From a virus, in the UHGV virus genome UHGV-0268865: 48,025 nt of DNA; one strand, given 5' to 3'. Each line of letters begins with the position of its first letter. Within the stretch, counting starts at the first letter, position 1. The notes beneath the pieces are model-generated. The model was not told the origin of the DNA. It saw nothing but the letters and a program-made list of their open reading frames with translations, and did not search any database. Positions 9,191 through 18,577 of the stretch are shown piece by piece. A program made the translations under genes and the position numbers.

Positions 9191-9778
9191 TCAGACCTCC
9201 TGAACGATGTTTACTTTTACCCCAGGCGGGGAAGGAAGCGCGCCGGAGCTTTGCACTATGGCCAGCTCAGATTCGGAAAGTTGAAACTCGAATACGTAGC
9301 TCATGACATGGTTTCCATCGTCACGCACGTAAGCTCGCCCGCTGGAGCCGAACATGTACATCAGCATGCGATTCATGACCGGCACGGTGCAGTCGCTGAT
9401 GTTCGCCATCGCTTTGCACATGATTAGCTTGCGGTATGCGTCATTGGTCAGGACGACAGTGTTTGTGTCCTGTGCACCGGTATAGAAAGGTGCCTGGTTA
9501 AAGGGTTGCGGATCGGTGAGTTCTGCCGGAGTGCTGGTCGCTTCGCCAAAGCCCAGAAACTGCTGGGATGGCGTCACGGTCAGCAAACGCCCTACATCTA
9601 CGATTTTACCCCAGCACATCAGACCGTAATCGCCACATGTCTCGATGTTAAATACGAGGTCATAGAACGTGTCTATCCAGTCCTCTGGTGCTACAGAAGC
9701 GTTAAAGGTATCAATCAGTGACCGCAGGCTGGTTGAGTTCACGTACTGCGCGTAGATCGTCCAGTCGACATTATTCAC
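9191..9778 (-). CDS. Baseplate or tail protein
   Basis: Sits in the baseplate module; GTG start with a GGAGGCGG RBS. Confidence 0.4.
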   Translation of the reverse strand: MNNVDWTIYAQYVNSTSLRSLIDTFNASVAPEDWIDTFYDLVFNIETCGDYGLMCWGKIVDVGRLLTVTPSQQFLGFGEATSTPAELTDPQPFNQAPFYTGAQDTNTVVLTNDAYRKLIMCKAMANISDCTVPVMNRMLMYMFGSSGRAYVRDDGNHVMSYVFEFQLSESELAIVQSSGALPSPPGVKVNIVQEV

Positions 9779-11006
9779 TTACCGCCTCCGTTATGATGTT
9801 TGTCGCATCCAGAGTCGGTTCCTGATCAATGCCCATGGTCAGCGCACTAGACCAGGTTGTTCCATCCAGGGATATCTGGACCGAAAGAACGTTCATGTTC
9901 TGTGCATCGAGCGCCTGGATAGGGCCGATATACCGGCTGCCATAAATTCGCGCGCCGGCACGTGCCCGGGTGCCACCATCTGCGCCGGTGAAGGAATTCA
10001 GGACGACCGCTCTGATCTGCGCGTTGATATCTGACGGAAGGCCATCATTCTCTTCGTATTCCACCTTGATATGAACGCTCACCGCATCCAGCGTTTTCCA
10101 CCTGTAGGTGTACTCCGGATAAGGGGCGTCATAATTTTCGGTATCCTGCACGGTCCCAGTGGTGTCACCGTTCATAACGGTGCCCGGGGGAAGTTTTTTA
10201 TTGATGGCCGCTGCAATGTCAGCCACTGCTCCGCCATAAACCCCGATATAAATCGAGCTGGCCAGCAGCGTGTAATTCGTGGAACCTTTCTCGACGGAAG
10301 TCGGCTCTTTGTTGTCGATCACATAAACATCAAGCACCCCGTCGACTTCCAGGACAGCAGCCCGCACAGCAGCTGCCGTGTTGAAGGCGTTACGCGCTAC
10401 CGACTGACGGCGCCGATACTCAAAGGCAGATCGCCCTTCCACATTTGATCCCGGAACGCCTGCGGTCTCGTTGGTAATGCTCGACCAGCCACTTACCGCA
10501 ACATAGATGTTTGTCAGCGTCCCGATTGGGCAGGCTATCGGCCCGGTAGTCAGGTTCTGGAACTCGATTTTTACCGTCCCGTCTGCGCCTATCGTTCCGG
10601 CCGCCAAAGACACGTACATATAGCCGTTATCGTCGGTTGCATAGGACTGTGCGGGAATTACCGTTCCCGGCACGCCGGAGCATGTGGCCGTTACAACCGT
10701 GCCCGCCGCAGCAATGCGGTCGAGGAAGTAAATCCTGCCGATGCCATCCTGAAATCTGCCGGAAGAAAAGTCCGGGTTCATGTTGTTGACGATAGCCAGA
10801 AGCTGATCGTTTTTGTCAGCGATGATTGCAGTATCAGTGACAGCCAGTTGCCCCTGCGGCGTCTTGAGGTTCATGCTCATCGCCGTCCCGAATGCAGAAC
10901 CAATATCTGCTATACGCCCGGCAAGAATGTCTCCCTCATCTGGAACATCAAGGCCAGTGGTGGAAAAGGTCACGGCCGGTACCGCCGTAGAGATTGTCGT
11001 CATTTT
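9771..11006 (-). CDS. Baseplate J-like protein
   Basis: Size and position match the gp47/Baseplate_J family; start moved to the MTTIST Met, which has a GAGGAAAAA RBS. Confidence 0.55.
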   Translation of the reverse strand, partial: KMTTISTAVPAVTFSTTGLDVPDEGDILAGRIADIGSAFGTAMSMNLKTPQGQLAVTDTAIIADKNDQLLAIVNNMNPDFSSGRFQDGIGRIYFLDRIAAAGTVVTATCSGVPGTVIPAQSYATDDNGYMYVSLAAGTIGADGTVKIEFQNLTTGPIACPIGTLTNIYVAVSGWSSITNETAGVPGSNVEGRSAFEYRRRQSVARNAFNTAAAVRAAVLEVDGVLDVYVIDNKEPTSVEKGSTNYTLLASSIYIGVYGGAVADIAAAINKKLPPGTVMNGDTTGTVQDTENYDAPYPEYTYRWKTLDAVSVHIKVEYEENDGLPSDINAQIRAVVLNSFTGADGGTRARAGARIYGSRYIGPIQALDAQNMNVLSVQISLDGTTWSSALTMGIDQEPTLDATNIITEAVSE

Positions 11007-11010
11007 TTCC

Positions 11011-11367
11011 TCACAGGGTGACGCTGGAATCCAGGCCGTTGGTATCCACGATCGCAATAACGCCGGTAGTGCGGCGCGTATCTCGGTTGTTAATCAGCGT
11101 CGGCTCAGCGCGCGCGATATAGCTCATTCGCAACGCTTCAACCTGAAGCGCGGCCGCCATGGCGCCAGTGCTAGCCTTAACGTTCAGCAGCTCTTTGTAA
11201 TTAACGCCGGTGTCTTTTTCGTAAATGCATTCGCCGCGTATAGCCAGGCATGCCGTCGCTACGTCCTGAGCGCAGGCGTAGGGGTTTTCTACCGTGGCGA
11301 TATTACCCAGCTCATCAAGGACAAGGTCCCAGGTTTCGGGATCGAGTTTGAGAGAGATTGTTTTCAT
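11011..11367 (-). CDS. Small baseplate protein
   Basis: Start reassigned to MKTISLKLD; the long N-terminal extension in the ORF track overlaps the lipoprotein gene terminator. Confidence 0.4.
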   Translation of the reverse strand: MKTISLKLDPETWDLVLDELGNIATVENPYACAQDVATACLAIRGECIYEKDTGVNYKELLNVKASTGAMAAALQVEALRMSYIARAEPTLINNRDTRRTTGVIAIVDTNGLDSSVTL

Positions 11368-11380
11368 GGATTTCGCCCAT

Positions 11381-11412
11381 AAAAAAACCCCGCCGAAGCG
11401 AGGTTTGAAAAA
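11381..11412 (-). terminator. Rho-independent terminator after the lipoprotein moron
   Basis: CCTCGC-TTCG-GCGGGG hairpin followed by T7 on the minus strand. Confidence 0.45.
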
Positions 11413-11432
11413 CATAAGGTTAAGTGGTTGTG

Positions 11433-12089
11433 TTAATACATTGATTTGATCTGCGTGGTGCCGTCCGCAATACCGTACTTGCTCATTTTCCAGCAAGCCT
11501 CAGCAACCTGGATTATCTGGTATCGCATTTCAGGGCCAATTCCTTCTGTTAGGCTGATATTCTGTTTCATCAATTCCAAAGAAACGCCAGATCTCTCAGC
11601 CTCGCCTGCCGCCCGGCACATACGCCTTACCCCAGCGTCAGAATCAGCCTGCTGGTATGGATATCGGGCCATTAGAGAATAGTAGACATTATTTAAAGTG
11701 TAAGATGCGGAATCGATCTCACGCTTGGCCATGCACTCTTTACTAGCCTGACACTCAGCTTCTTTTTGCTTGGCTAATTCTTCATTTTCTTTTTTCTGCT
11801 GCTCTATCTGCCGCTGATACATCAAGTCGTGAAATAGGTCATTGTACCTATTGAAATAGCATTTATTATCTTTCCTACAATCGCTTGTATCTTGATCAGG
11901 AAGATTTTTACCAGTCACATTTCTATAAATTTCTCGCAAATCAGAAACGGACTGCAGGCCTCCAGAGTTCGTGGAAAATTTTGCCTTATCGAAGTTATTT
12001 GATTTTTGATAATTAATATATTCCGCTGGCGACATTGCACATCCCGCCAAAGAAAACGAAATCATGAGAAGAAAAGACTTTTTTATCAT
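11433..12089 (-). CDS. Cys-rich lipoprotein; AT-rich moron inside the baseplate module
   Basis: Signal peptide plus lipobox (LLMISFSLAGCAM); markedly AT-rich compared with its neighbours; has its own terminator. Confidence 0.65.
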   Translation of the reverse strand: MIKKSFLLMISFSLAGCAMSPAEYINYQKSNNFDKAKFSTNSGGLQSVSDLREIYRNVTGKNLPDQDTSDCRKDNKCYFNRYNDLFHDLMYQRQIEQQKKENEELAKQKEAECQASKECMAKREIDSASYTLNNVYYSLMARYPYQQADSDAGVRRMCRAAGEAERSGVSLELMKQNISLTEGIGPEMRYQIIQVAEACWKMSKYGIADGTTQIKSMY

Positions 12090-12091
12090 TG

Positions 12092-12679
12092 TTACGGCTC
12101 CAGAGGATTTGTGCGGCTTCCTCCAGATTCTACCCCGCCGTGGTCGTGCCCATCAACGATTGAACCATCAACCAACTGCAATTTCCCGTTCGCGAGTATC
12201 TTCAGGCCATTGATGTTAACCACGCCGGGGCTTTTGATGTTTATGCCGCTGCCGGTAAACTCTGCGTACTCAGTAGGATCGCCGTTCAGGCTAGCGATAG
12301 CCGTGATGTAAACGGCATCTGAATACGAGTGCCTGCGCTGAGTTGGTGGCGGACCGCTTTGCCTTGATGCTCTGACATTGGTTGTGTCTTTGTCACAGGC
12401 GATTACCAGACCAATATCACCGATGCGGGGAGTCATTTTTACAGCGCTATTACCTGCCTGATACCGAATGAATGGAATGTCATATACCTCCTGACATTTA
12501 ATCTCCCCACCGGATACGTTCGCCCCGCTCACAAGAGGGAGCACAGTCATAACGCCATCACCAACATCTTTAACCAGAACAATATCAGCAAAAACATTGC
12601 CCTTTGATGCCGAGGCTATAAGCGACAAGATCGCATTCCCCTGACAGGAGATGTCAGAAGCTTTTTGGTTAGTTACCAT
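12092..12679 (-). CDS. Tail or baseplate protein (possible spike)
   Basis: Start taken at MVTNQKAS to avoid a 150-nt overlap with the upstream gene. Confidence 0.4.
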   Translation of the reverse strand: MVTNQKASDISCQGNAILSLIASASKGNVFADIVLVKDVGDGVMTVLPLVSGANVSGGEIKCQEVYDIPFIRYQAGNSAVKMTPRIGDIGLVIACDKDTTNVRASRQSGPPPTQRRHSYSDAVYITAIASLNGDPTEYAEFTGSGINIKSPGVVNINGLKILANGKLQLVDGSIVDGHDHGGVESGGSRTNPLEP

Positions 12680-13538
12680 TGCTATCCCCGCCGATGACAG
12701 ATGCAGGAGACGCCACAACAAATGTCTCCCAAAGTCCACCAGGTACCTTACAAGACAAGTAGTGGGTTGTTCCCGCTTGTACCACCCACTCTCCGCTAGC
12801 ATGTGGAAGCTCTGTTTCAAGAATGATCTTAGTGTTCAATTTTAGCGCCGGTGAATAAATGCACCTAAAGTTAATCCCCATCTCATAAAATATTGGATAA
12901 CCAATAAGCCCAGTGGCTGGAGAAATATACGGAACAACTGAATCCGACGGTGTTTTACCTGTGTAAATTGTGACAGTGCCAAAATCTATATCAACAGATA
13001 TGTTATGCGCTGCCGCAATTTTTAATATTTGCATTATAGCGTTGTCATCGAAATATGGATTTCGATGGGTAGCCTTGACGTCCACGTTAATGAACTTTAA
13101 ACCAACTTTAAAGGCAAGAGCACGAATCATATCAGCCACATCAGCATCGCCACGAATGGACGTTGGCTCACATGGGATCAGGCGCTCCCTTCCGGCTGCC
13201 GCCGCAGTTATCTCAATCGGGGCATCCGGCATCTGGTTCAGGTTAATCCTGGCAGATGTTATTGACCCGGAAAAAACACGGGTATCACCGGCATAAACGA
13301 CGATTGAATTCTGTGCATACGCGATTATCTTTTGCGCGTTTGTCGTCAGCTTGGACATGTTTTCCAGGGAAAGTCCCCAGAGGCTAAGTTCAAGAATGGT
13401 TCCGGTAGCGCCGCCAAAGGCAGATATAGCCGCTTCACACTTGAACCCCTTAACAGTCAGGGTGTCACCAGTATCGCCATCAAAAGTTCCATTGGCCAGC
13501 GTGAACGATACAGTAAGCTCTCTCTCCTTGTAACTCAT
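12669..13538 (-). CDS. Tail or baseplate hub protein
   Basis: Position in the tail module. Confidence 0.4.
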   Translation of the reverse strand: MSYKERELTVSFTLANGTFDGDTGDTLTVKGFKCEAAISAFGGATGTILELSLWGLSLENMSKLTTNAQKIIAYAQNSIVVYAGDTRVFSGSITSARINLNQMPDAPIEITAAAAGRERLIPCEPTSIRGDADVADMIRALAFKVGLKFINVDVKATHRNPYFDDNAIMQILKIAAAHNISVDIDFGTVTIYTGKTPSDSVVPYISPATGLIGYPIFYEMGINFRCIYSPALKLNTKIILETELPHASGEWVVQAGTTHYLSCKVPGGLWETFVVASPASVIGGDSNGN

Positions 13539-13840
13539 CTGCCTACCTCACTGCTCGTCGCATAATACAGCTTGAATCTGGTGCCTATTTCGTCGTAATA
13601 CGGATCGGCTGTGCCTTTCGAGTCAACGAAAACCAGATCGCCACTGAAACCCAGATATTTATACCGAACCAGGTAAACGCAGTTCAGGCAGAGAACACCC
13701 TGAAATATCGGCTTGTCATCGACATACAGATCGGCGTAAAACCCGGTTGATCGCTGATGCAACTTGATAGCGCAGTTCTGGCCGCCAAGCGTGACATACA
13801 CCTTTTGGGATAGTGACGGCGATAAGCTAATTTCCTGCAT
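13535..13840 (-). CDS. Small tail protein
   Basis: ATGA-coupled ORF within the tail module. Confidence 0.4.
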   Translation of the reverse strand: MQEISLSPSLSQKVYVTLGGQNCAIKLHQRSTGFYADLYVDDKPIFQGVLCLNCVYLVRYKYLGFSGDLVFVDSKGTADPYYDEIGTRFKLYYATSSEVGR

Positions 13841-13841
13841 G

Positions 13842-14681
13842 TCACATCACCTTTTCCAGAAAGTCGGAGACGGTGCTTTTTATCTGCTTAGAAACTGCAG
13901 TAGAAGAGCTGTCCCACGTCTTAGAGACTGACTCGGCCGCCGAGTTAACGTTAGATACAATCGCTGCCCCTGTCGTCTGGAGAGCGTCTGATAAGGTTGT
14001 ATCGGCGCTTGACCAGGCATTCTTGACATCGCTCAATGTCACCTCTTTCGTTGCCCCGGTGATCACCTGCGTTGAGGCTGCGGTGCCATTGTTGGTTTTC
14101 GCGTTGCTGGTCGGTGGGCCTTCAATTACAGCGTTTGAAAGCATGACCTCCCCGCCGTCCATGATCTCCTCGAAAGTGCAGTTCGCCATCAACAACGTCT
14201 GCCCACGATACGACCCCACAAAGTAATCAAAATGGGTCAGATCGTAGCTGTAATACACCGTATCAGGTGTCTCGATGTTGTAGGTGCTGGCCGTGTTTTT
14301 CATCTCATCCAGTTTCTGAATGAAATTGTTCCGGCTCAGCAGGGAGAAGTTGGTCAGGTTGGGCAGGGACCCGGAAAAAGCCGTCCACCCTTCAAGGGCA
14401 AAAATGATCCTGAGTTCAGACGGCTGTTTCACTTTGTTGTAGGACGTGTACCGCCCCTTTTCTACCGGCCCCTTAGTCACCGCTGCATCACCGTAGCGAT
14501 CAACACTAACCCAGCCGGACGGGGAGAAAACCTCCTGCCCGGCTGCAGCCGTCAAAAGCGACTCGTCAACGGTGTTATAGGTGATCCGGTAAGTTGGCGA
14601 CAGGGCGCTGTTAAGGACGGATAACAGGCTTCCTCCCTGAATGGCGGATAGCACTGTCGAGACATTCAGAGAAAACGACAT
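13842..14681 (-). CDS. Tail protein
   Basis: Lies immediately downstream of the tape measure gene. Confidence 0.4.
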   Translation of the reverse strand: MSFSLNVSTVLSAIQGGSLLSVLNSALSPTYRITYNTVDESLLTAAAGQEVFSPSGWVSVDRYGDAAVTKGPVEKGRYTSYNKVKQPSELRIIFALEGWTAFSGSLPNLTNFSLLSRNNFIQKLDEMKNTASTYNIETPDTVYYSYDLTHFDYFVGSYRGQTLLMANCTFEEIMDGGEVMLSNAVIEGPPTSNAKTNNGTAASTQVITGATKEVTLSDVKNAWSSADTTLSDALQTTGAAIVSNVNSAAESVSKTWDSSSTAVSKQIKSTVSDFLEKVM

Positions 14682-14684
14682 GAG

Positions 14685-16649
14685 TTATTGTCCTGAGTAG
14701 CCAGCCAAAAGCATGACACGGTTGTCGCCGTGCTTTTTGATGTCGCTGGTAAGCTGTTCCACGTTCTGGGCCTGGGTGGTGATTTTGGTGCCATAAAACT
14801 GATAAGTCGCACCGGACTGTCCGGGCATTGCGCGGTCTACGGCCATCCCGGCGCCAGGGCGCATTCCGGCCATGACTTTAGGGACGTAATTGCGAGTTTC
14901 CGACGGCAGGTTACCCATGCCTTTCTTCTGGACGTTTCCGAGCCCCCAGTTATAGGAGGCAAGAGTTTTTTCCAGGTCGCCACCGGTAGCATCCAGCAGA
15001 TAGCGCAGGTATCTTGCAGCGGCATCAGCTGACTTGTGGGGGTCATAAACGTCCATCCCCTTCAAACCCAAGTCTCTGGCAGTTCCATCCATAAACTGGA
15101 ATGGGCCTTTCGCCCCTTTAGGGGATACTGCGAACGGGTCGCCACCTGATTCAGTACCAGCCACCGAAGACAGCAGCCGGGCGGGGAGTCCATATTTACC
15201 TTCCAGCGCCCCGAATTCGCCAGCCATCGCCTGAAGAAATGCCTTTCCTTTGGCGCCAAGGCGAGCGGCCTGCGCGTTAAGCGGGACGTTTGACTGGTAT
15301 CCCGAGGTATCTGGCTGCATTGTTGCCGCGCCAGCTGGAGAGATCAGGGCGTCAGCGATTTTTGAAAGGAGATTTTTGGTGCTTTCCCAGTAGTCTCTTT
15401 CATCCTGCTGCTGCCGACGCTGTTCAGGAAGTGGCTGAAACTTAACAGCATCAAGCATTTTTTGCGTTGCCTGCTGCTGCGGGCTTAGATACGCAGAGTC
15501 CTGATCAGGTTTAAAATCCAGTGTGCCGCCGTTTTTCTTCAGCGCCTGCTCGGCTGCCCTGGTCACTCCGGGCAGCGCATCATTACCGGTAGGCTTTCCG
15601 TCTTCAGTGCCGTACCACGCCTTTTTAAACTCATCGGCAGCCTTGGAGAAGTTGCCGTTATTGAGCTCGTTTAAAGCGTTACCCAGGTGGTTTAGCACTT
15701 TTCCGAGCATGGAAAAGTTATCTTTGAGGTTGCGCAGATCGCCTGATAGCGTCCAGCTACCAAGGTCAATACCAGTAATGTCGTTAATGTCCCGCTTCAG
15801 CTCTTTGAAGAATGAAGAGGATTTTGCGTTACCAGACGACCACTCAATGAGGAGGCCATTCAGATCGCGAATGGTTGGTATCAATCCCACGTAAATCTGG
15901 TTTTTTACCGTGTCGAGATTTTGCCCCAGCTCCGCCCATGCGGCTGTAAATTCCTTTGCGCCTTTGGTTGAGGCATCTGTAATGCCGGAGCTTTTAGTCA
16001 GCCGGTCAACATCAGTTAGGAATTTTCCTTCCTGATTGCGCTGGTTGATAGCGTCATCAATACCAACCAACTGAAGAATCTGACGGCGGATATCTGGATC
16101 GGTAACCTTCCTTGCCGACTCCAGTATTTTCCTGAACGTGGTTTGTGCTGAGTCGTCCCTGATGTTGAAAGAATCATGGGTCAGTGAATTAAGCCGGATT
16201 GCTGCTTCCTGCACTGGCGTATCGTACACTCCGACCTTGGCCAGTTGCTTTGCATTCTGAAATCCCTGCAATGCTGCACTTATTTTCTCGACAGAACTAC
16301 CGGCCGCCTCTGCCGCCTTACCCACGCCGTCAAGCTCTTTGGCTGTCATCCCCAGCGATTTAGCCTGAATGGACAACTCCATCAGTCCGGAGGTGGTGCT
16401 TTTCACAAAGCTCATCAGGCCGCCGGCCGTGACGGTAACGCCAGTAAGTGCCAGAAGTTCCGTCTTTATGCTGCTGAAGAACGAAGCAGCTTTCTTGCCC
16501 TGCTCTGCCATTTCTTTGGCGGTGTTTTTGGCGTCCTCGCGCTGCTTTTTCAGGTCGTCACTGACTTCCTGCTGGCCTTTGCGGAACTGAGAAGTATCAA
16601 GGCCCAGCGTCACCAGGAGGGCGTCAATTACCGTTGCTGCCATGATCAC
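14685..16649 (-). CDS. Tail tape measure protein with a C-terminal lytic transglycosylase (SLT) domain
   Basis: Long alpha-helical protein; C-terminal ESGGDPFAVSPKGAKGPFQFM...YNWG motifs of soluble lytic transglycosylases. Confidence 0.75.
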   Translation of the reverse strand: MIMAATVIDALLVTLGLDTSQFRKGQQEVSDDLKKQREDAKNTAKEMAEQGKKAASFFSSIKTELLALTGVTVTAGGLMSFVKSTTSGLMELSIQAKSLGMTAKELDGVGKAAEAAGSSVEKISAALQGFQNAKQLAKVGVYDTPVQEAAIRLNSLTHDSFNIRDDSAQTTFRKILESARKVTDPDIRRQILQLVGIDDAINQRNQEGKFLTDVDRLTKSSGITDASTKGAKEFTAAWAELGQNLDTVKNQIYVGLIPTIRDLNGLLIEWSSGNAKSSSFFKELKRDINDITGIDLGSWTLSGDLRNLKDNFSMLGKVLNHLGNALNELNNGNFSKAADEFKKAWYGTEDGKPTGNDALPGVTRAAEQALKKNGGTLDFKPDQDSAYLSPQQQATQKMLDAVKFQPLPEQRRQQQDERDYWESTKNLLSKIADALISPAGAATMQPDTSGYQSNVPLNAQAARLGAKGKAFLQAMAGEFGALEGKYGLPARLLSSVAGTESGGDPFAVSPKGAKGPFQFMDGTARDLGLKGMDVYDPHKSADAAARYLRYLLDATGGDLEKTLASYNWGLGNVQKKGMGNLPSETRNYVPKVMAGMRPGAGMAVDRAMPGQSGATYQFYGTKITTQAQNVEQLTSDIKKHGDNRVMLLAGYSGQ

Positions 16650-16847
16650 TCTCCGCTGCTATGGCTCTGTTGGTGTTATCCACGGTCATTATTTCAATCA
16701 GCCACCACATATCCTGGACGCTGTATACCGTGTCCAGTTCGTGGAGTGTCGCCATTTTCCCGGAGATCACCGCGGCGATACTGCGCGGCACGTTCTCGTA
16801 CTGAATGAAGCCACGATCTGAGTCTTCCGGGACGGATAAGGGGATTT

Positions 16848-17324
16848 CTAGCTTGCGGTGGCTGCTACAAAAGCGATATGGAGTTTGAAGGCTTCGATTT
16901 TCAGGCGCGACCAGGTGCTGATTTCTTCGATCTGACCTTCGTCAACAAGCGCTGTTTCGATACCATTGCCGCCGAGGAATTTCACGCAGCCAAGCAGCTC
17001 ATCAAGCAGAGGCTTTGACTGTGCGAACGGGACTTTAGCCAGTGAAGTGATACCCCACTGAGCGAGACCGGCCATACCGCTGGCCATCACGCTTTCGTAC
17101 AGCTCGCGTGCTTCTGCATTATCCTCGGCCGGGGCCGGAGCAACCGCGGCACCGATGGCCGCCATCATATTGTCGGGAACGGTAACCCCGGCGCCAATCA
17201 CAGCGCACGCCAGGCGGATCGCCCACTCTTCGGCCTTTCTCGCCGGCATTTCGGTTATTTTGAACTGCTTACCCTTGTCACGGTTATCTGCCTCAACCGT
17301 AAATACGATGCTTTTACGAGCCAT
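16848..17324 (-). CDS. Tail assembly chaperone (putative)
   Basis: Lies between the tube and tape measure genes. Confidence 0.4.
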   Translation of the reverse strand: MARKSIVFTVEADNRDKGKQFKITEMPARKAEEWAIRLACAVIGAGVTVPDNMMAAIGAAVAPAPAEDNAEARELYESVMASGMAGLAQWGITSLAKVPFAQSKPLLDELLGCVKFLGGNGIETALVDEGQIEEISTWSRLKIEAFKLHIAFVAATAS

Positions 17325-17352
17325 TTTTGTTTCCTGAATGAGTTATCTGGCA

Positions 17353-17387
17353 ATAAAAAAGCCCACCAGAGTGGGCCATTCAAAAAC
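17353..17387 (-). terminator. Rho-independent terminator downstream of the Rha moron
   Basis: GCCCAC-CAGA-GTGGGC hairpin then TTTTTTATT on the minus strand. Confidence 0.6.
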
Positions 17388-17403
17388 CACTGAACTGTGG
17401 GTT

Positions 17404-17958
17404 TCATGATTCGACAAGCGCACCAGGAAATCCTGGCAATGCCAACTGACCTTGCTTTTCCAATTGCTCAATGCGTGAAAGTAACTGCGGCTTCTTCTCT
17501 TTTCCCCAGCGTCGTAGCAGGCGACCCGACATACTGGCGACATCCTTCTCTTTCATGAACTCCAGCATGACGGCATTACGCTCAGACTCTAAATTTCGCG
17601 TCCCTTGCGCAATCATATCGGCCATCCAGTCAAAAGCGGCAATGTATGCTTCCTTAAATGCAAAGGCGGCAGCACCGGTAAAGCTGAAGACCAGCATAGT
17701 CCATCCGTTGCGAGTCATTTTGTAGAAAGGTTGAGGCTTTCCGTTCTGTAACTCATTGTTTTCATGGCAAAGCGTAAAATTGCGCTCTGCAAAATCTGGC
17801 GAACATGAACTGATTACCTTCCTGGTTTTCCTCATAACGTCCTTGTGTTCTTTCCTGAACGCCTTCGCGACTTTAAATGTATCGGTCGCAGACTCTGTGC
17901 CAGAGAGAAAAATCAGCTCTCGAAAATCGAAACCGTTAATAACAGTTGGGTATTGCAT
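17404..17958 (-). CDS. Rha-family phage regulatory protein (moron within the tail module)
   Basis: VAKAF..H..V...I...Y.MTRNGWTMLVFSFTGAAAFAFKEAYIAAF matches the Phage_pRha signature; flanked by terminators. Confidence 0.7.
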   Translation of the reverse strand: MQYPTVINGFDFRELIFLSGTESATDTFKVAKAFRKEHKDVMRKTRKVISSCSPDFAERNFTLCHENNELQNGKPQPFYKMTRNGWTMLVFSFTGAAAFAFKEAYIAAFDWMADMIAQGTRNLESERNAVMLEFMKEKDVASMSGRLLRRWGKEKKPQLLSRIEQLEKQGQLALPGFPGALVES

Positions 17959-18100
17959 CGGTAATTACCTTTTAGTGATGAACCTTGTCTCACAGGAATC
18001 CGGCCCACAGAAAGGCACCGACAGCCAGCCGGTATCCTCAAGGGTCATCCTGAAAGGTTCTGTGTGAAATGCGCGTGAGATGCGCGGTGAATTGCAGGAA

Positions 18101-18130
18101 TAAAAAAAGCCCGGGCTTAGCCGGGCTGAT
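18101..18130 (-). terminator. Rho-independent terminator after the tail tube gene
   Basis: AGCCCGG-GCTTAG-CCGGGCT hairpin then T7 on the minus strand. Confidence 0.55.
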
Positions 18131-18133
18131 TGT

Positions 18134-18577
18134 TTACGCTGAGTACTCTGCTGGGGTGACAGTTTCCCACTGGATGAGTCCAGTTACCGGCTGAAGAACA
18201 CGACCAGCAGACGGCATACGGCGCGCGCGCTGCAGGATACCGTTGGTCATGATGTACTTTTTACCCAGCGACGGCAGGATCACCGTCCCATTAACACGCA
18301 GCACAGACCGCGTGGTCATCTGCGTGGTTTGCCAGTTGTCGATGTACTTAATCGACGGGGATGATGCCGCCAGATGGAAAGTCCACGGCAGATCACCATA
18401 AACAAAACCACCCAGCAGTTTCCCGTCAGCAGTACGCTGGTACTCTGCCGTGTCGGTATCACCCATTTCGAAGATGTTTTGCGCTTCGAACTGTTCCAGG
18501 TTAAAACCGGATGGGTAGAGCTCAGCGATTACCAGCTCGATGATGGCGTCAGCCGCCGTAATATTTTGACCGGGCAT
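18134..18577 (-). CDS. Tail tube protein (contractile tail)
   Basis: 147 aa, immediately after the sheath; resembles the DUF3277 tube family. Confidence 0.5.
   Translation of the reverse strand: MPGQNITAADAIIELVIAELYPSGFNLEQFEAQNIFEMGDTDTAEYQRTADGKLLGGFVYGDLPWTFHLAASSPSIKYIDNWQTTQMTTRSVLRVNGTVILPSLGKKYIMTNGILQRARRMPSAGRVLQPVTGLIQWETVTPAEYSA

Noticed and set aside
10813-11382. 189-aa plus-strand ORF
   Set aside because: Antisense to the baseplate J gene.
11011-11496. 161-aa ORF extending over the lipoprotein terminator
   Set aside because: The extension runs through the intrinsic terminator hairpin; the internal start MKTISLKLD gives a compact gene.
12092-12820. 242-aa ORF overlapping the upstream gene by 150 nt
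   Set aside because: The internal start at 12679 (MVTNQKAS) gives a normal 11-nt overlap.
16245-16808. 187-aa plus-strand ORF and other internal ORFs in 14730..16590
   Set aside because: Embedded antisense or out of frame within the tape-measure gene.
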